Below, in pieces: positions 60,420-64,000 of a stretch of DNA of 64,000 bases. The notes below the pieces were generated by a model. The model had not been told where the DNA came from, ran no database searches, and was given only the letters and a program-made list of their open reading frames with translations. This stretch comes from Candidatus Bathyarchaeia archaeon (lineage in GTDB: Archaea; Thermoproteota; Bathyarchaeia; Bathyarchaeales; Bathycorpusculaceae), in assembly GCA_050015395.1 (NCBI GenBank), contig JBEKBM010000001.1, positions 96,001 to 160,000 on the forward strand, in the 5' to 3' direction. Position numbers and translations under genes: made by a program. How positions within the stretch are numbered: position 1 is the first letter of the stretch; each line of letters begins with the position of its first letter.

Positions 60420-60718
60420 ACTAAAACAGCCTCATTGAGAATAGGTTATGCTGCCTAATAATAGCTACTATAGCATTCAAAGAGCCGCACGATTGAGATA
60501 ACCAACCCTATGAAATCCATTGAAGAAAGTTAAAGAGCCTTTAGCCTGCAACGTCAACTTCATGACTAGGCAATTAGGACATAAACAGCCAGCAGCTTAG
60601 CTTTTTCTTTAGCTTTTCCAATAACGCAAAAAAATTGTTTGTTAATTTTGATTTCTTGCATATTGGGATAAAGAGTTGTTGTTCCCAAAAAAGCCTCTTA
60701 AAAACAGGCATTCGGGCA

Positions 60719-60939
60719 CCCACAGACCTCAGAACAGCTGTTCTCCTAATATTTTTCAGATCAGTCAAGTTTTTAGCTAAGAAACAACTACCTAACTATT
60801 GAAGTTTTTAATTATGGCTAAACCAAATCAAATTCTTTGGCCCAGTCGATATGAACCCGCAAATTGCCCAATTCACATCCGAAACGAGCTTGCAATGACG
60901 TCTACCCCCAGAAACGGTGTGGGCATGACTGATACGCGC
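60719..60939 (+). repeat. Copy 1 of a ~220-bp diverged direct repeat; holds a dead 5' fragment of the SRPBCC gene
   Basis: Aligns with 62970-63190. ATG at 60814 reads MAKPNQILWPSRYE..., then a frameshift and TGG->TGA. Confidence 0.92.
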
Positions 60940-61059
60940 TGGCTTGTCCCTTTATTATGTGTTAAAGTATGTGGGTGAGACTGCTTTGTCTGCTCTTCCG
61001 AGGTTTTCGCTATTCTCTCTTCCTTTTATTGTTTAGCGTGAGGGCTTTAAATCTCATAG

Positions 61060-61827
61060 TCATGATGCCATTTTCTTGAGTGACCTCAATCCCCACAGGA
61101 ACACGAGGATTGCAAGTACGCTGATGACGACGAATCCCTCTGCAATTCCGATGTTTTGAAAATTCCCTGCGAATAATGCGCGAGCAGCATTAACTGTGTA
61201 CGAGAATGGGTTAATCTTCGCCAGGTCCTGAAGCCAGATAGGTGCAAGCGCGAGAGGAAGGATAATACCCGATAGCAGAGAAAGAGGCAGTGTTATTGTG
61301 TTCAGCGTAGGAGCGAGGGGATCTTCAATTTTGTAAATAAGAGCGAAACCGTATGAAATAGATGCCATAGTAATCCCGATCAAAGCGTATAGCAGTAGAG
61401 AGAGCAAAAATCCGTCTACGTTTACATTCAGCCCAAATGGAACAGCAACTAATGTAATCAAAACACATTGAAGAAGAAGGACGATTGCATCCCTCAGAAC
61501 CCTGCCTAAAAGGATTGCTGGGCGTTTCACTGGAGTTACTAAAAATCGTTCTATAACTCCTGTTCTAATATCATCAATAAGTGAGAATCCAACGAACGCT
61601 GTGCCGAAGAGCGCTTGCAGAACCAAAAGCCCGGGAATGAAAACATCTACTGTTTTCCCAGCGGGCAGCCCGGGAACACTACCGAGACCGTTCAGGAGCG
61701 GCATAAACAAGAGCAAGTACATGAGGGGCTGGAACATGCTCACGAAAACAAAAACGGGACTCCTGAGCGTATGCTGCATGTTGCGGATAAACATCAGTTT
61801 GGTGTCGTGTAGCATTTTCATTTTCAT
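61060..61827 (-). CDS. ABC-2 type exporter permease (DrrB-like)
   Basis: About 6 TM segments. Motifs FIPG, GVIERFLVTP and INPFSY. Confidence 0.9.
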   Translation of the reverse strand: MKMKMLHDTKLMFIRNMQHTLRSPVFVFVSMFQPLMYLLLFMPLLNGLGSVPGLPAGKTVDVFIPGLLVLQALFGTAFVGFSLIDDIRTGVIERFLVTPVKRPAILLGRVLRDAIVLLLQCVLITLVAVPFGLNVNVDGFLLSLLLYALIGITMASISYGFALIYKIEDPLAPTLNTITLPLSLLSGIILPLALAPIWLQDLAKINPFSYTVNAARALFAGNFQNIGIAEGFVVISVLAILVFLWGLRSLKKMAS

Positions 61828-62807
61828 TTTCTTTCATCCTCCCTCAGTGAACGGCCTGTGTACTTTAGGAAGACATCATCTAGGCTTGGCCTGGACAGTG
61901 TTACGGTTTGTGCCTCCAAGTTTTTTGCGTCGAGTGAGCGCAGGAGTTCAGGCATCATTCTTTCTCCATCTTTAATGTTCAGATAGACTGAATTGTTGTT
62001 GGTTTGGATTCTCTCTACTTGAATCTTTTCGGTTAACAAAGTTTCGGCTTTGCGTGCGGTTTCTTCTGATAGAAAAGTAAAAACTATCGTGTCGCCGCCA
62101 ACGGAGCTTTTTAACTCTCCCGGCGTTCCAGTTACAATAATTTTTCCGTTATCTATAATTGCTATTGTGTCACAGAGCTTGTCAGCTTCATCCATGTATT
62201 GAGTGGTTAAAAAGATGGTAACGCCCCCAGCTTTCAGTTTTTTTATTTCTTCCCACAGATATGCTCTACTTTGCGGATCAAGGCCTGATGTCGGCTCATC
62301 GAGAAGAAGTAGTTGTGGATGGTGAATCATCCCAAGCGCAATATCTAAACGGCGCTTTTGGCCTCCAGAATAGGACTGGGCTGGTCTCTCTATGAATGAG
62401 CTCATCTGGAGACGCTCCACGAATTCGGCCGCGTATTTCTTTGCAGTCAAAGTATCCAAGCCATATAGTTGAGCTTGGAGGACTAGGTTCTCAACACCTG
62501 TAGAACTCAGATCTGCTCCGCCTACTTGACTCACGCATCCAACGTTCTGTCTAATCTGTTCCTGCTGTTCTGCTAAGTCATATCCAAGAACCTTGGCTTC
62601 CCCACCAGTCGGACACAGCAATGTGGAAAGCATTTTCTGTGTGGTAGACTTGCCAGCACCATTTGGACCGAGAAAACCGAAGATTTCCCCTTTCCTAACA
62701 GTGAGATCTATACCCTTAACTGCCTCTACCTCTTTTTTTCCGCCCCTCTCTTTAGAAATGAAAGTCTTTCGAAGCCCTTTTGTCTCAATTACCAAATCTC
62801 CAATCAT
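61824..62807 (-). CDS. ABC exporter ATP-binding subunit (DrrA-like)
   Basis: Motifs GPNGAGKST, YSGGQ, LLDEPT and PSLDDVF. Confidence 0.93.
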   Translation of the reverse strand: MIGDLVIETKGLRKTFISKERGGKKEVEAVKGIDLTVRKGEIFGFLGPNGAGKSTTQKMLSTLLCPTGGEAKVLGYDLAEQQEQIRQNVGCVSQVGGADLSSTGVENLVLQAQLYGLDTLTAKKYAAEFVERLQMSSFIERPAQSYSGGQKRRLDIALGMIHHPQLLLLDEPTSGLDPQSRAYLWEEIKKLKAGGVTIFLTTQYMDEADKLCDTIAIIDNGKIIVTGTPGELKSSVGGDTIVFTFLSEETARKAETLLTEKIQVERIQTNNNSVYLNIKDGERMMPELLRSLDAKNLEAQTVTLSRPSLDDVFLKYTGRSLREDERK

Positions 62808-62969
62808 GTTGAGTCACCTATGAATAATGCATCTAATTTCATCACCATGAAAAATGATAAACTCATCTTTTCGATGTCGCCTATCGATATCGAATTATAA
62901 CTTTTATTCCCCAAAACCAAACCTTCCTCCCCCTCTTAGAAAAGAGGACTATATAAGAATTCGCCCGAG

Positions 62970-63190
62970 CCCACAGACCTCAGAACAGCTCGTTTTCCTA
63001 ATATTTTTCAGATCAGTCAAGTTTTTAGCTAAGAAACAACTACCTAACTATTGAGGTTTTTAATCATGGCTAAGCCAAACCAAATTCTTTGGCCCAGTCG
63101 ATATGAACACGCAAATTGCCCAATTCACATCCGAAACGAGCTCGCGATGGCGTCGGCTCCAGAAACGGTGTGGGCATGGCTGATACGCGC
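62970..63190 (+). repeat. Copy 2 of the ~220-bp direct repeat
   Basis: Matches 60719-60939 with scattered substitutions and single-base indels. Confidence 0.92.
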
Positions 63191-63560
63191 GCAACTGTGG
63201 CCAACTTGGTATCCTAACTCAGCGAACATCGCGTTTCTCAGCGGTCCACCTCCAGACCTCACTTTAGGCACTCGGTTTCGCTAGAAAACATTTGGAATCA
63301 CTATCGAATCAACGGTGCTTGAGTTTTTGCCCTACGAGCGACTTGCTTGGGATGCTCACGGCACTGGTCTTGCTGCTTATCATGGATGGCTCATCCAAAA
63401 AACAAACCAAGGCTGCAACGTCATCATGGAGGAGACACAGCGGGGCTGGGTCGCCAGACTGGGAAAAACCTTGAGGCCAAAACGTATGGAGCAGCAGCAT
63501 CAAGTTTGGCTTGAAGGGTTGCGTGACAAAGCTAGCCGCGGTTTGCCGCCTTCACCGTAG
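63066..63560 (+). pseudogene. SRPBCC/polyketide-cyclase family gene interrupted by one in-frame TAG
   Basis: APETVWAWL...WPTWYP...GTRFR*KTFGITIESTVLEFLPYERLAW. TAG at 63282-63284; both halves are in the same frame. Confidence 0.85.
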
Positions 63561-63813
63561 GCGTGGCATTTTGCTTATGGCTATTGACTTCTTGCTTTTT
63601 TCCACATTCAGGGCAAAAATTTGCTGTTACTGGAATCCGGGTGTTGCATCGGGGGCAGATTTTTAGCAAAATTGGTTGACGCAGGGGTGCACCGCAGAAG
63701 TTGCAGTAGTTAGAGAACGATGCCACTTGTGACCTGCAATTTGGGCACGTTAAGTACTGGGAATAAGATGGAACAGGAACCATAATAAAAGCTGAAAGCA
63801 TAGTTAACACCAC
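63532..63813 (-). CDS. Double zinc-ribbon protein
   Basis: CPNC...CNFCG and CPRC...CPECG. Start uncertain. Confidence 0.7.
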   Translation of the reverse strand: MVLTMLSAFIMVPVPSYSQYLTCPNCRSQVASFSNYCNFCGAPLRQPILLKICPRCNTRIPVTANFCPECGKKQEVNSHKQNATPTVKAANRG

Positions 63814-64000
63814 ATTGAATATGCTGCAACTTACTCTTTTCTCTTTTGTGTTGTAATCACTAAAACAAGTCAGCGTAGAGAAGGAATATTGCTTGCATTT
63901 GATGGAAGGAGATTGGCGCGTACAAACAAACTAACGAGTGATTGATTCATTTCTAGGTTTTTTGGTGTACTGGCTGAAACAGTGAATCCTGCTATTTTTT

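Noticed and set aside
365-63503. Numerous 60-190 aa ORFs antisense to or nested in recognised genes
   Set aside because: Shadow ORFs with no motifs, overlapping well-supported CDSs.
30272-63560. Amber recoding suggested by three in-frame TAGs (30341, about 30388, 63282)
   Set aside because: The implied ancestral residues differ, two lie in obvious gene remnants, and intact genes here end normally at TAG (e.g. 38712, 39315).

Overview
Archaeal chromosomal segment, most consistent with Bathyarchaeia (inference from Hel308, a GPN GTPase, a PQQ-like beta-propeller surface protein beside a TrmB regulator, a stand-alone MtrH/corrinoid pair and frequent TTG starts). In order it holds: a truncated AAA ATPase; an AsnB-like gene; a small gene flanked by a long hairpin and helically phased repeat arrays; purB and hel308; an IscS-like/IscU/SufS operon; a surface-glycan island with decayed gene fragments (10.9-19.9 kb); a SAM/corrinoid/Fe-S-rich stretch (24.5-50 kb); a six-gene polyphosphate cluster (52-60.4 kb); and an ABC exporter between two copies of a ~220 bp duplication. 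The 24.5-50 kb stretch contains three radical SAM enzymes, an orphan RnfD-ferredoxin fusion, a corrinoid protein plus MtrH, CbiZ flanked by two paralogous Cys-rich proteins of unknown function, a nitrilase/AsnB-synthetase-domain pair and a bacterial-type MetK. I saw no rRNA, tRNA, CRISPR array, integrase or transposase. The best candidates for undescribed biology are the CbiZ-centred cluster (40.4-45.7 kb), the orphan RnfD fusion locus, the degenerate IscS, the hairpin/small-gene/repeat module at 3.0-3.8 kb and the CHAD-phosphoesterase-HD fusion. All family calls come from motif recognition by eye, not database searches.
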